In this document: one piece after another, positions 10,825-22,759 of the stretch
Layout of the letters: every line of letters begins with the position of its first letter
Numbering within the stretch: position 1 is the first letter of the stretch
NCBI GenBank assembly: GCA_004431415.1
Contig: QPMI01000017.1
Location: 496,001 to 560,000, forward strand
Direction of reading: 5' to 3'
Origin: Cyanophora paradoxa CCMP329
Taxonomy: Eukaryota; Plantae; Glaucophyta
DNA: 64,000 nucleotides
Notes under the pieces: model-generated
Told to the model about the DNA's origin: nothing
The model's database searches: none
The model's input: the letters and a program-made list of their open reading frames with translations, nothing else
Made by a program: the position numbers and the translations under genes

Positions 10825-13445
10825 ATGAATCCGCCCCAGGCTCTCCGCGCTTCGAGAAGCTCAAGCGTCTTGCCGGTGCGCCCCGTCGCGCGCGCTGCCA
10901 GCGTAGCGGCCGCATCCGCTGAGCGCGGCCACGTAGAGGATGACAAGGTGATGTTGGAGGAGCTCAAGGGCAAGGTGCTCGAGCTCGAGAAGGAGCTGGA
11001 GAACCGCGGGGTGCGCTTGCGGGCGCCGCCGCGGGCCGCCGCGGGCCGCCCTCTCCGCGGGGCTCGCGCTGACGGGCGCGCGGCGCGTCCGATGTTCGCG
11101 CAGTTCACGATCCGTGCGATCCAGCGTAACTTCCAGGTGCTGAGCGAGAACTACACGCGGGACCATGCAGAGCTGGAGGACGCGCGGGCGCAGCTCGGCT
11201 CGCTGCGGGAGCGGAACGACGAGCAGCGCGCGGCGATCGTGTCGCTCGAGCAGCGGGCGGCCGGCCTGCAGCGCGAGCGCGACGAGAGCCGCGCCGAGGC
11301 CGACGCGCTCAAGCGGAGCCTGGAGAGCGCCGGCGGGGTCGCGAGCGCGCTGAAGGACGCGCAGGCGCGCGTCAAGGCGCTCGAGGGTGCGCCCCGCCCC
11401 GCCGCGTTAGCGGCCGAGCGCCGCGCCTCACGTGCGGGGGCGCGCGCAGCGGAGGCACGGGAGGTGCCGCCGCTGCGTGCGCGGCTCGCTGAGCGGGACA
11501 AGGAGCTCTCCGCGGCGCGCGGCGAGCTGGAAGCCGCCCGCCGGCGGGCCACCGAGCTGGAAGGTGGGCGACTCGCCTCGCGCCCGCCCCCGCCCCGCAG
11601 CCGCGACCGCGCCGGCTCAGCGCGGCGGCAGCGGCGCGCGGGAGCAGGAGGCGAGGGCGGGGGGCCTGGAGGGCGAGCTGAGGGCGGCGGCGGCGGCGCG
11701 CGCGGAGCAGGAGGCGGCGCAGGCGCGGGCGGGCAGGAGCTGGCGGACGCGCGGCGGCGCTGCGCGGCGCTCGAGGCGGAGCTGCGGGTGAGCCGCGAGG
11801 CGGCGGCGGCGGCCGCCGCCGCGCAGGGCTCCGCCTCGTCCGACCTGCAGCGCGCCGCGGCGGAGGCCGCGCGGCTCCGGGCGGAGCTCGAGCGGGCCTC
11901 GGCGGAGGGGCGGGAGGCGGCGGCGGCCGCCGGCGACCTGCGGGGCCGCCTGGCGGCCGCCGAGGCGTCCCTCGCAACGGAGCGGGCGGGGCGGGAGGCG
12001 GCGCGGCGGGAGCTTGCGGCGGCAGTCGCCGCGCGGGACGAGCTCGAGCGGCGGGCCCAGGAGCTCGGTGCGAGGTTTTCAGGCTCGCCTGGAACAGCTG
12101 GGGGTGGCGCTCATGGGCGGGCTCGTGCATGTAGGGCGGGAGGCGGCGGAGGCGCGGGAGGGCGGCTCGGGGCTCGAGGGGCGCCTGCGGGAGGCGGAGG
12201 CGGCGCTGTCGGCGGCCCGGCGGGAGCTCGAGGCGGCGCGGGGCGAGGCGGAGGAGGCGCGGAGGGAGGCGGGGGTCCTGCGCGGCGCCCGCGACGCCCT
12301 CGGCGCGCCCCTTTCCCACGCCTCTTCATCTTCCGTACCGCTCTGAGCGTCGCGGCAGAGGCGGAGGCGCGGGCGGCGGAGGGGCGGCACGCGGCGGCGC
12401 TGGAGGCGGCGTCCTTGCGAGCCGCCGCCGTGCCCGCCCCGCGCCCCGCGCCCCGCGCCCGCGGCCCCGCACGCCCTCAGCTTCCCGCAGGGCGAGCGGG
12501 CCCTGGCCGAGGCGAAGGACGAGCTCCAGGCGGCCGCAGCCGTGCGCTCCCTTCCAGCGCCTCTCTCTTTAGTTCTGGGAGGGACGTGGGGCGGGGCGGG
12601 CGTGGCAGCGGCAGGAGGCGGCGGAGCGGCGGGCGGCGCAGGCGGAGGCGGAGGCGCGGCGCCTGCAGGCGGCCGAGGCGGAGTCGCGGGCCCGGCTCGA
12701 GGGCTTTCAGGCCCGCGTGCAGGCAAGCGCCCGCCCGCGCCCCCGCCTCTTTCTTTCCCTCAGCTCAGGGCTGGGCGCGGTGCAGGAGCTGCAGGGGCGG
12801 GCGGCGGAGGCGGAGCGGGGGCGGGCGGCGGCGGTGCAGGCGGAGACGGCGATGCGGGGGCAGGTGGCGAGCCTCTCGGAGGAGCTCGCGCGGGCCACCC
12901 TCCGCGCCTCCGGTCCCCTCTCCCCTCCTCTGCTTCTGCACCTACCTCTACTCAGCTATCCTTCCGCCAGAGGGGGAGCAGGAGCTGGCGCAGCTGCGGG
13001 CGGAGCGCGGGGACGAGCGGCTGATGGGGAAGCTGCGCGCCGAGCTCGCCACCGTCGTCGCCAAGCTCGCCAACGTCACCGACGCCGAGGAGGCGCGCCC
13101 TCCCGCTCCCCTGCGCCCCCCGCACATTCCCTGCCTCCCTGAGACTCGGCCCGGCCGCGCCACACCGCGTCGCAGAGCGCGCTGACGTGCATGTCGTGCC
13201 TGTCGATCTTCGCGGCGCCGGTCGTGTGCGTGCCGTGCGGGCACGCCTACTGCTCGCGCTGCGTCTCGGAGGGCGGCTCGTGCAGCGAGTGCAGCGAGCA
13301 CGTCGAGCGGACCGTGCCCCTCCCCATCCTCGACCAGCTCTCCGGCAAGCAGACCTTCAAGAAGCAGGCCCTCGCCACCCTCCAGGCCTGGTCCAAGCAG
13401 CTCTTCGGCAGCGCCAGCTTCAAGCAGGCCGGCCCCGCCCCGTGA
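10825..13445 (+). CDS. Coiled-coil protein with a C-terminal C3HC4 RING finger (putative E3 ligase)
   Basis: Heptad-rich exons. The last exon, after GC-AG intron 13093-13175, reads SALTCMSCLSIFAAPVVCVPCGHAYCSRCVSEGGSCSEC; stop at 13445. Confidence 0.8.
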
Positions 13446-13782
13446 CCTCTGTACACGTCCGACGGTCCCGCCCGAGTGGCGCGCGGCCCCAGCCCCGGGG
13501 GCTGCGCTCACTTAGCGAGCTGCGCACTCCTCAGTGCATTTCTCTCACACACGATATCGAAAAGCTCGCAAAACTCATACTGCAGCTGCAGCTGCCTGCT
13601 GCACGAGGACGGGCGGGATCGAGACTGGCCTGGTTGAAAAAATGTTGAAAATCTAGCTGCTAGGCTACGAATACGCTAAGCATAGAGACCTGTGCACGGG
13701 TACCGAGGGGGGCTGGAGCGTAGAGGCATGGGGGCGGCGGGCTCGCCGGGGCCGGAGGATCGACCAGCTAGCTATAAATAGC

Positions 13783-16711
13783 TTAGTAGCTGGTGTACTC
13801 GGGCCGGGAGTCGCGCCGGGGGCCGCCGCGGCCGCCGCCACGGCCGCCGGAGCGCTCCGAGCGGCCGCCGTACGACGAGCCGCCGTACGAGGAGCCGCCC
13901 GAGTCGCCGCCGCGGGAGAAGCGGCTGCTGCTGCGCCGGCCCTCGCCCGAGCTCGCGAACGGGTCGAAGGTCTCGTAGCCGCCCTCGCGCGGGGCCCGCC
14001 GCGGCCGGTCGTCCCGGTCGCCGCCGTACCGGCGCCGCTCCCCGCCGTACCGGTCGCCGCCGCGCCCGCCGCGGCCGCCGCCGCCGCGGCGGTCACGGTC
14101 GCCGCGGCCGCCGCCGCGGTCGAAGCGGCCACGGCCGCCGCCGCGGCCCATCTCGTCGCGGGAGAGGAGGCGGGGGAGGGTCTCGGGGATCTCGAAGCTC
14201 AGGCTCCGCTCGTCGTGCTGGAGGCCCACCAGCTCCTTCGCCATGTCCGCCGGGAGGTCGCAGAGGCCGCCCTCGGCGCAGAGCTCCATGCGCCCGATGG
14301 CGCCCACCGCCTCCGGGAAGACCCGCCCGATGATCGCCTTGATGGCGCCCAGGGACATGGGCGCGTTGTTGCGGATGAGGACGCAGGTCATCCCCTCGAT
14401 GCTCGTGAGCGCCGAGCGGCGCTTGATGTGCGTGACGCCGGCGATGGCGGCGAGGGCCGCGGCCATGGCGCGGGGGCCCTGCTCCTCCAGCAGCCGGGTC
14501 GCCGACTCCTCGAAGAAGGGCAGCACCTCGTCCTTGACCTTGTCGATGGCCACGACGGTCTTGGCGGAGAGGGCGCGGAGGACGTCCTCGGGCATCGGCA
14601 CGGGCACGATCTCGAACTTGACGCCGATCTCGCGCTCCATCTGCCGCAGGGAGCGCTGCTCCTCGGGCGTGAAGAGGACGATGGCGGTGCCGTCGCGGCC
14701 GGCGCGGCCCGTGCGGCCCGAGCGGTGAATGTACGTCTCCGAGTCGAAGGGTAGCTCGTACTGGACGACGAGGTCGACGGCGGGGATGTCGATGCCGCGC
14801 GCCGCCACGTCCGTCGCGATGAGGACGCGGAAGCGGCCCTCGCGGAAGCGCCCGAGGGTCAGCTCCCGCTGGTACTGCGCGATGTCCCCGTGCAGCACTT
14901 GGCTCTCTGCGGCGCCGCGCGGGTCGGCCCGGGCCCGGGCGAGAAAACGAGGGCGGGCGGGCGGTCGAGCGGACCCTCGTGGATGTGGACGGCCAGGTCG
15001 TCGGCGTCCTTCTTCGTGCGCGTGAAGATGATCACGCGCTCCTGCGGGGCCGCGCCAGGCTCAGCCAGGCCAAGGCGGGCGGGGCGGGGCGGGGCGGGGC
15101 GGACCTTGCCGTAGACGGCGATAAGGTCGGAGAGGATGTCGGAGCGGGCCTTGGCGAAGACCTGCACCGCGATGTGCCGCACCGTCTCCGCCGCCTTCAT
15201 CACCGACGTCCCGATCGTGTCCACCTGCCGCCCGTCCGGATCCCCGCGGTCAGCCCGGCCCGGGGCGCCCCCTCTCCTCCTCCCTCGCCGGCAACCCGCA
15301 CGCACCGACAGGGGCTTGTCCATGTACTTCTTGGAGACCTTGTTGACCCACGAGGGGACCGTCGCCGAGAAGAGCAGCGACTGGCGCTCCTCCGGCAGCA
15401 TGCTGAAGATCTGCCGCGCCGAGATGAGGAAAGGAGAGGAAAGGAAGGAAAAGGAAAGGAGCGACGAGGGCGGACCCGCTCGACGTCGTCGGCGAACCCG
15501 ACGCGGAGCATCTCGTCGGCCTCGTCCAGGATGGCGACCTTGATCTCGCTGAAGTCGATGTCGCAGCGGTCCATCAGGTCCATCAGCCGCCCCGGCGTCG
15601 CCACCAGCACGTCGATGCCCCTCCGCAGCGCGTTCTCTGCGCCCCAGATCATCAGATTTAGATTCGATCGGGCCGGGCAAGCCCGAGGCGTGCGCGGGCT
15701 CGAGGGGCTTCCGGACCGCACCCTGGGGGACGTAAGAGGTGCCGCCGTAGATGGTCGCGACCTCGAGCTCCTTGCCGAGGAGCTCGAACTCGTGTGCGAC
15801 CTGCTTGCACAGCTCGCGTGTCGGCGTGAGGACCAAGCACTCCGGGCCGCGGCCGCGCGTCTTGCGGACGTTCTGCGGGTACGAAAGCTTGCGTTAAAAA
15901 CGATGCGACAAATGCAGCGGCGCCATGCAGCCCACCGTCTTCATACGCTCGACGATGGGGAGGGCGAATGCCATGGTCTTGCCCGTGCCAGTGCGGGACC
16001 GCCCGATCACATCGCGGCCGTCGTAGATAGCATCTGGGGGAAGACGTACGCCGTCAGATAGGCCGCAGCGCGCGCATACGAAAAGGCGTTTGCACCGAAA
16101 GTCTCGAACTGAATCGGAGTAAAGGCATTGATGCCGCGGCGGGCGAGGGTCTTGACGGCTTCCTCCGAGACGCGGAAGTCTGATATGCTGGGAGGCACCG
16201 GCTCCATGTCGCCGATCATGACCTGTGCGTACGCAGGGGTCAAAGGGGTCGAAACGCGGGCGTTGTACGGGGAACGCACGGGGACGGGGGAAATGCGGTC
16301 CTCGGAGGGCAATTTAATGTCCTCTTCCACGTATTCATCGTCCGCCAGCTCCTCGTCGAGAGCGAGCTCGTCGACCGGGACGAAATCTGCTAGCTTCCCC
16401 TCGATCGCGCGGTCATCAGCCTCCGCATCGAATGTAGGAGCTGCGGAAGCCACGGCAAGGCCGCGCGCGCCCTCCAAGGGGGCGGGGGCGATCCCCGCGA
16501 AGCGCACGCTGCTGCCGGTCACGCGGAAAGCTACGGGGGAGCCGAAGAAACCGCGGCGGCTCGATCCGAGGGTTATCCGCTGGAAGTGCAGCTTGTGGGC
16601 ACCAACAGCCGCGTGGTGGCGCGCGACCGCATTGTCGGGGGTCGCGGGATGTTGAACGGCTGAGCTGATGCTGAGTACGGGCCCGCAGAACGCAGGCGAC
16701 GTGTGATCCAT
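13783..16711 (-). CDS. DEAD-box RNA helicase of the DDX21/RH3-RH9 type with GUCT-like region and RGG tail, probably plastid-targeted
   Basis: Q motif (GINAFTPIQ), GRSRTGTGKT, PTRELCKQV, TPGRL, DEAD, SAT, ATDVAARGIDIP and HRSGRTGRAG. RGG-rich C-terminus. Ser/Ala/Arg-rich N-terminal extension MDHTSPAFCG... resembles a transit peptide. Confidence 0.93.
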
Positions 16712-16906
16712 GACGATAGGGGGCGAACGGGGCGTGCTGCAACCAGGGCGAACAAGCAGAATTCGGAAGATACTTGTGGGGCGGTCGTCCGGGTACGGCA
16801 AACGTGAGCGCAAAAAAAGGGGCGGTTCTTAGCCACGCTACGCCGGGCACGTACAACCTGTTAGAGTGATTAGCGAAGGAGAGGCCAGTCGATCCGGGCC
16901 GGCTCG

Positions 16907-18593
16907 ATGCCGGACCCCGCAGTCCTCACGGTCTGCCTGAACGGCGGTGCGCGGGCCCGAACGGCGGCCTCGCGTTCGTGCGCGCGCGTGTTCTGATCAG
17001 CCCCGCAGCGCTTGACGTGTCGGTGAACGCGGGTGTCTTTTGAGCCCCTGCGACGTGGCTGACATCTGGCACGCAGCTCACGCTTGACAAACCGCTGGAA
17101 GTGGGCGCCGTACATGTAGCAAGTGCGGCTGCGCCTCCGCCGCGCCGCCAGAAGCAGGCAGCGCATCGACCTCCGATCCCGCGGCAGAGGGGAAGCGGGT
17201 GTCGCCGGGCGGGAAGGCCAACAACACGGCGAAGGCGCTGGCGGCGCTGCAGGTGCCGGTGCTGGCGACGGGCTTCCAGGGCGGCGAGTCCGGCAAGCAG
17301 CTCATCCGCGGCCTGACCGAGAAGGGGGTCCGCACGCCCGCCCCGCCCCGCCCCGCCCCGCCCCGCCCCGCCCTCTCGTCGCCGCCTCGCGAGCGTGTGC
17401 ACGGACACGGGCGGGCAGGTGGCGTGCGACTTCGTGGAGACGAAGAACGGGACGCGGGCGTGCTACATGCTGGTGGCGGCGGGCCAGGGCCACACCGTCG
17501 TCAACGAGGAGGGGCCCGAGGTCTCCCCCGAGGAGCAGGCCGCCGCCCTCGCCAAGGTCGCCGCCCTCGCGCGGAGGTGCCAGGGCATGGTCCTCGCCGG
17601 GAGCCTGCCCCCCGGCTGCCCCAAGGAGACCTACGCGAGGATCATCGACGGCGTCCTTTCCGACGCCGGCTCCGAGTGCTCCTTCCTCATCCTCGGTCCG
17701 CGATCCCGACCTGAAAATTCCTTTGTACCCCCCTCGTTCCTGACCCCCGCCCGCAGACATCCACTCGGAGGCGCTGCTCCGGGTACACGACGTGCTGCGG
17801 GAGAAGTGGCGGGCCCTGCGCGCCGCCGACCCGCACCGCCGGCCCCGCCTCTTCCTCAAGCTCAACACCGACGAGCTCGGCTCCACCCTCCGCGCCCGCA
17901 GCGTACCCCTCGCCAACACCTCCCCCGTCCAGGTCGCCGAGCAGATGGCCCAGTGCGCGCCCCGCGCCCCCCGTCCCCCCCTCCCCCCTCCCCCGTTCGA
18001 AACCTGTACCCACGCCCCGGGGTGCAGGATAGCCGAAGAGTTCGGCCTCGACGGCGCCCTCATTACCAACGGCGCCCAGGTGCAGTGCCCCCGCCCCCGC
18101 CGGGCCGCCCTCGCGGCGACCGACCGCCCCGGCGTGCAGCCGGCGCACTGCTTCTCGTTCGGGGGCGTGCCGCCGGTGCACGCGTCGGTGCACGGGCACG
18201 CCGCCTCCGAGTCCTTCCACGAGGTCTTCCTCGCCCCGAAGCTCAAGGCCTTCGTCTCCGGCGTCGGCTCCGGCGACGCCTGCAAGTGCGCGGCCAAGCT
18301 CGCTCGCTTGCCCTGCGCATGCCTTGGCTTGGCTTGGCCTCCTGACGGGGGCGCGGGCAGCGCGGGGATCGCGGCGCGGCTGGCGTCGGGGACCTCGTGG
18401 CGCGAGGCCTGCATCTTCGGCATGGCCTGCGGCGCCGCCAACGCCGAGACCCTCGGTGCGCCCCGGCCCCTTCGCCCTCTCGCCCCCCCGCGCCGAGCCT
18501 ACCCGCTCAGAGCCGTGCGACTTCACGCGGATGCGGGCGGAGGAGCTGGCGGCGCAGATCAAGGCCGCCCTCTCCAAGAAGGGCGCCCCCTGA
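16907..18593 (+). CDS. PfkB/ribokinase-family sugar-phosphate kinase of the 1-phosphofructokinase (FruK/LacC) type
   Basis: Spliced: MPDPAVLTVCLNG|ALDVS|LTLDKPLEVGAVHVA|KGKRVSPGGKANNTAKALAAL...GFQGGESG...TRAC...VNEEGPEVS...LAGSLPPG...KLNTDEL...VSGVGSGDAC. Both PfkB signatures and the catalytic Asp are present. Confidence 0.88.
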
Positions 18594-18863
18594 CCCGGAT
18601 CTCCGGTCCCTCTAGATCTTGGCCTTAGCCAGTTTCTCAGAGTCTCGAAGGTCAGCGCTAGCCAGCTTGGCGCGCGAAGCTAGCCTAGTAGTAGGCTAGT
18701 ACTAGTAGGCTTAGTTTTACATGCAGTTTTATTGTTATTGTGCGCTTTCGAATCCGAATTCGCTTAAGCTTGCTCGGCCGCGGCCGGCGCGCGCGTGCGC
18801 CAGCCTCGAGAACGTGTATCCCCCCTCTTGCTGTCAAGGCTCCAAGTTGCTCGAACTTGAAGA

Positions 18864-20647
18864 ATGGCATTCGCCGTCCCCGCCCCGGTTCAGGTTAGCG
18901 TTCCCTCGGGCGTTCAACCAGCGCAGTCGGCGGCCTGCCAGCTGCGCCAGCGCTCGTTCTTCGGGGGCGCCCGGCGGCCCCGCGCGACCCGCTCCCAGCA
19001 GCGCGATGTCGCGTTCAGCGTCAGCGCCGTCTCGGCGCCTCCGAAGCCTGACTTCGAGATGCTGCGCGAGGGAATCAAGAAGCCGGGTGCGTGCGCGCCA
19101 ATGATGCGGGCCGGCGCTGGACCGGCGCGCGCCTGCGCCCCGCGCGCTCCGCTCACGTGCGCGCGCGCGTGCGCAGCGGCGGAGAGCATTCTGACGCCGC
19201 GCTTCTACACGACGGACTTCGAGGAGATGGCGCGGATGGACATCTCGTTCAACGCGGAGGAGCTCGAGGCGCTGAACGCCGAGTTCCGCGTGGACTACAA
19301 CCGCGACCACTTCGTGCGGGACGACGAGTTCAAGCAGGACTGGGACCGCATCGACGGCGAGACGCGCACCCTCTTCATCGAGTTCCTCGAGCGCTCCTGC
19401 ACCGCCGAGTTCTCCGGCTTCCTCCTCTACAAGGAGCTCGCGCGCCGCCTCAAGGACGTCAACCCCGTCCTCTGCGAGTCCTTCGACCTCATGTCCCGCG
19501 ACGAGGCCCGCCACGCCGGCTTCCTGAACAAGGCACGCGTACCCCCCACCCGCCCCTCCGCTGCTGTACCCCCTGACGCCCCGGCCCGCGGCAGGCCCTC
19601 TCGGACTTCAACCTGCAGCTCGACCTCGGGTTCCTGACCAAGAACCGCAGCTACACCTACTTCAAGGTCCGGCGGCTCCGGATTCGAGGTTTCGAACCCT
19701 GTACCCCCCGTCCGACCGTACCCCCGCGTCGCGCGCAGCCCAAGTTCATCTTCTACGCAACGTACCTCTCCGAGAAGATCGGCTACTGGCGCTACATCAC
19801 GATCTTCAAGGTACCCGGGTTCCACTCCCCCCCCCTCCCCCGGTCCCTCGCTCACTCGTACCCCCGCGTTCCGCAGCACCTTCAGGAGAACCCGGACGAC
19901 CGCATCTACCCCATCTTCAAGTATTTCGACAACTGGTGCCAGGTCCGCTTCGCACCCGAGTCCTGTACCCCGCCCCCTCTCTGGTCTGAACGGGTACCCG
20001 GCAGGACGAGAACCGGCACGGCGACTTCTTCGACGCGGTGCTGCGCGCCAACCCCCACATGATCTCCGACTGGCAGGTCCGCCCTCAGGGACTTCAATCA
20101 AAATTCTGTCCCTTCAACTTGATCCGACGAGCGCGTGTACCCCCCGCAGGGCCGCCTCTGGTCCCGCTTCTTCCTCCTCTCCGTCTTCGCCACCATGTAC
20201 CTCAACGACGTCCAGGTGCCGTACCCCCCCCGGAACCTGCCGTACCCCCCTCCCGCGCGCCCCTCACCCCCCTCGAATCCAGCGCGCGGGCTTCTACGCG
20301 TCGATCGGGCTGGACGCGCGGCAGTACGACCAGGCCGTCATCCTCAAGACCAACGACAACGCCGCCAAGGTACCCCCCGCCATTTCCCCCCCCCCCACCT
20401 CCCCTTTCGAGATGCGAACCGGCCCCCTCAGGTCTTCCCGTGCATCCTGGACGTGCAGCACCCGAAGTTCTTCCGGCTGCTGGACGCGGCGGCGGACAAG
20501 AACCTGGAGATGGCGGCGATCAAGGGGGAGGGCCTCGGGGCGAAGGCGAGGAAGACCGGCCTGGCGGCCGGCATCGCCGCGGACCTCCTCCAGGTCTTCC
20601 TCCTGCCCCCCGTCGAGGTCGCCCACAAGCAGGGCAAGCCCCTTTAA
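18864..20647 (+). CDS. CHL27: Mg-protoporphyrin IX monomethyl ester oxidative cyclase (di-iron), nucleus-encoded with a plastid transit peptide; 9 exons
   Basis: [75 protein letters not shown]. Introns: 19087-19176, 19533-19594 (GC), 19667-19738, 19811-19876, 19943-20004, 20077-20149, 20216-20282, 20370-20431. N-terminus MAFAVPAP. Confidence 0.97.
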
Positions 20648-22759
20648 TTATAAGCCCTTCGATCCCATTTCATTTCTTTCCTGTCTCCCTCCACCTCGAT
20701 CCCGCTGGAACCCTGCCAAATGCTTTAATTTCTACCTGGGCGGCCCAGCAACAGGCAGGCAGATCTAGATGTTAACGTTATCGTTGTAGAAATGTATTTT
20801 TATCTTAATATTATTTTGAGCACACTTAATTGTTTTGGTGAATTACCGGCCACAGTCTCTAGACACCAGCACTGCGGGGGCTGCCCAGGGGGCACAAAGA
20901 CAAAAAAGCAAAATAACTAAGGTATCTGTCCCCTAATACACTATAGCTATATATAGCTAGGGAAAACGAAATAAACCAGTCGACGTCTTTTCCGAAGTTC
21001 TAAAGCCTTGAAGAGCAGCCAGCGCGCGGAGCGGCAGCTGCGCATGCAGCTGTGGGGGGCCTTGTTGCAATTGAACCGAGCAGCTTTGGGGGCGCAGGCA
21101 GGCCCGCGATCCTCTAAATGAATTCGCACACACCGAGACAAATGGCTAGAGATATAACTGAGGTGTCCATCTGTGTCAAGTCGAGAGAGGCAGGCCCGCG
21201 ATCGCGACGCGGGCTGGGGCTTCAATGCATGCGGGACAGGCCTAGGGGTTTAGGCTTGCAATTGAAGAACGGGTAGCGCTCATGATCATGCAGGTCCCCA
21301 TGCCAGGGATCGGGGGACGACCGAGGGCAAGTTGTCGGCTTGGCAAGTTGCGAAACAGCCCGGCAGCCTTCGATAAACAGGCCTAGCTATCATGGCTATA
21401 GGAGGCCGAGGTGGCCGGACTCTGAGACTCCGGACTCGGTTCCGGAGCTCGAGGCCCGAATTATACAGCTATAGCTAGTATACGTACTGCCGCATGCACA
21501 GGCTGCTAGCGCTGGCCCGTGCTGGGCCGGCCGGTGCCAGGTCTAGCCAGCCTAACACGTACTGGTACACCCGGCCCGGCCCTAACTTACTGCCGAATTT
21601 CGAAGCCGGCCGGCGGCCGGGCAGGCCGGCGCGGTGGGCACGAATTCAAATTTGGCTCGAAGATTCGAAAAACGATCGCGACAATTACCGGATTCATTGC
21701 GAATTCAATTTTTCCCGCCGTGCTCTCAAAAAAATGTTTTCCCGACTTGATCCGTGTACGCGTGCACGTGGATCGCGGATTCGCGCCGATTCCGCGGATC
21801 TACCGATCGCGACTAATTCGCGCGCGATCGCGAGGGGGTACCAGACGCCTGAGCCGCTGAGCGTTAGCGCTTCCGGATCCGCGCGCTGAGCTGAGGACTT
21901 CAGCTGCAGCCTGCAGACGTCGACTGCAGTACGTACCGTAGAACTAGGGAGGAGCTGGCACAGCGGCTGCAGCGGCAGTGCAGCCTCGAGCTCCACTTTA
22001 GCTTGCGATCGCCCCGAGGGCCCGAGTCGCTGCGGCGCATGCGCAGTGCGGCTCGGCCAGGAATCGAAGTTGCAGGGATAGCTATATAGGACCGCAGCGT
22101 ACGGTACGTATACGCACGCCTCGCCGATCGCGATTCATCGTAGAGACCGATTAACACGCCCTTCACACGCGTACGCAGGAGAGCGGTTATAATTACACGC
22201 GTCTGCGCCAGCAGTTACGCAAGCTTCAAAGCTGCTGCAGCTGCCAGCACGCGTACGCAGCTGCCAGCAGTCGAGGAGGCGCTGGAGAGCGCCAGCCAGT
22301 TGCCACTCGCGATCGTCGATTCATCCTGCAGCTGGAGAATTAAGGCGCGATCGGTTCTCACCGACCGTTGCAGTTGCAGCGGGATCGATTTCCCGGAGCA
22401 AGCTCACGCAGCCCTCACCGGCCGACCGGTTCTCACGCAGCAAGCTCAAGGGAGCGGTTAACGTTACGCAAGCTAAAGCTTGCGGGCCGGGTTGGCCGAC
22501 TCGGCGAGGCCTCGAGCTCGCTCCTGTACATGTACCGGTCCGGGATCCGAGCGCTCGATGCATATATATGCCTAGGCCGATCGCTCCCAGCGCGCGCTAG
22601 CCCGCAAAGTAAAGCATACACGGTCTGACTTGCGATCGTGAACGCAGCTGTGCCGCATTCGCAGTGCAGCCGGCTGTCCCCAAGACGGACCTGACCAGCT
22701 GAGCCTAGGCCTCGAATCCCTTCAGATCTAGACCCCGAGGAGCTTATCCTCTGAATCCG

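Noticed and set aside
20934-20946. TAATACACTATAG resembling a T7/SP6 promoter
   Set aside because: Only a partial match with no vector context; CTATAG palindromes are common in these spacers.
21241-21256. CCTAGGGGTTTAGG telomere-like sequence
   Set aside because: Fewer than two full units and not an array.
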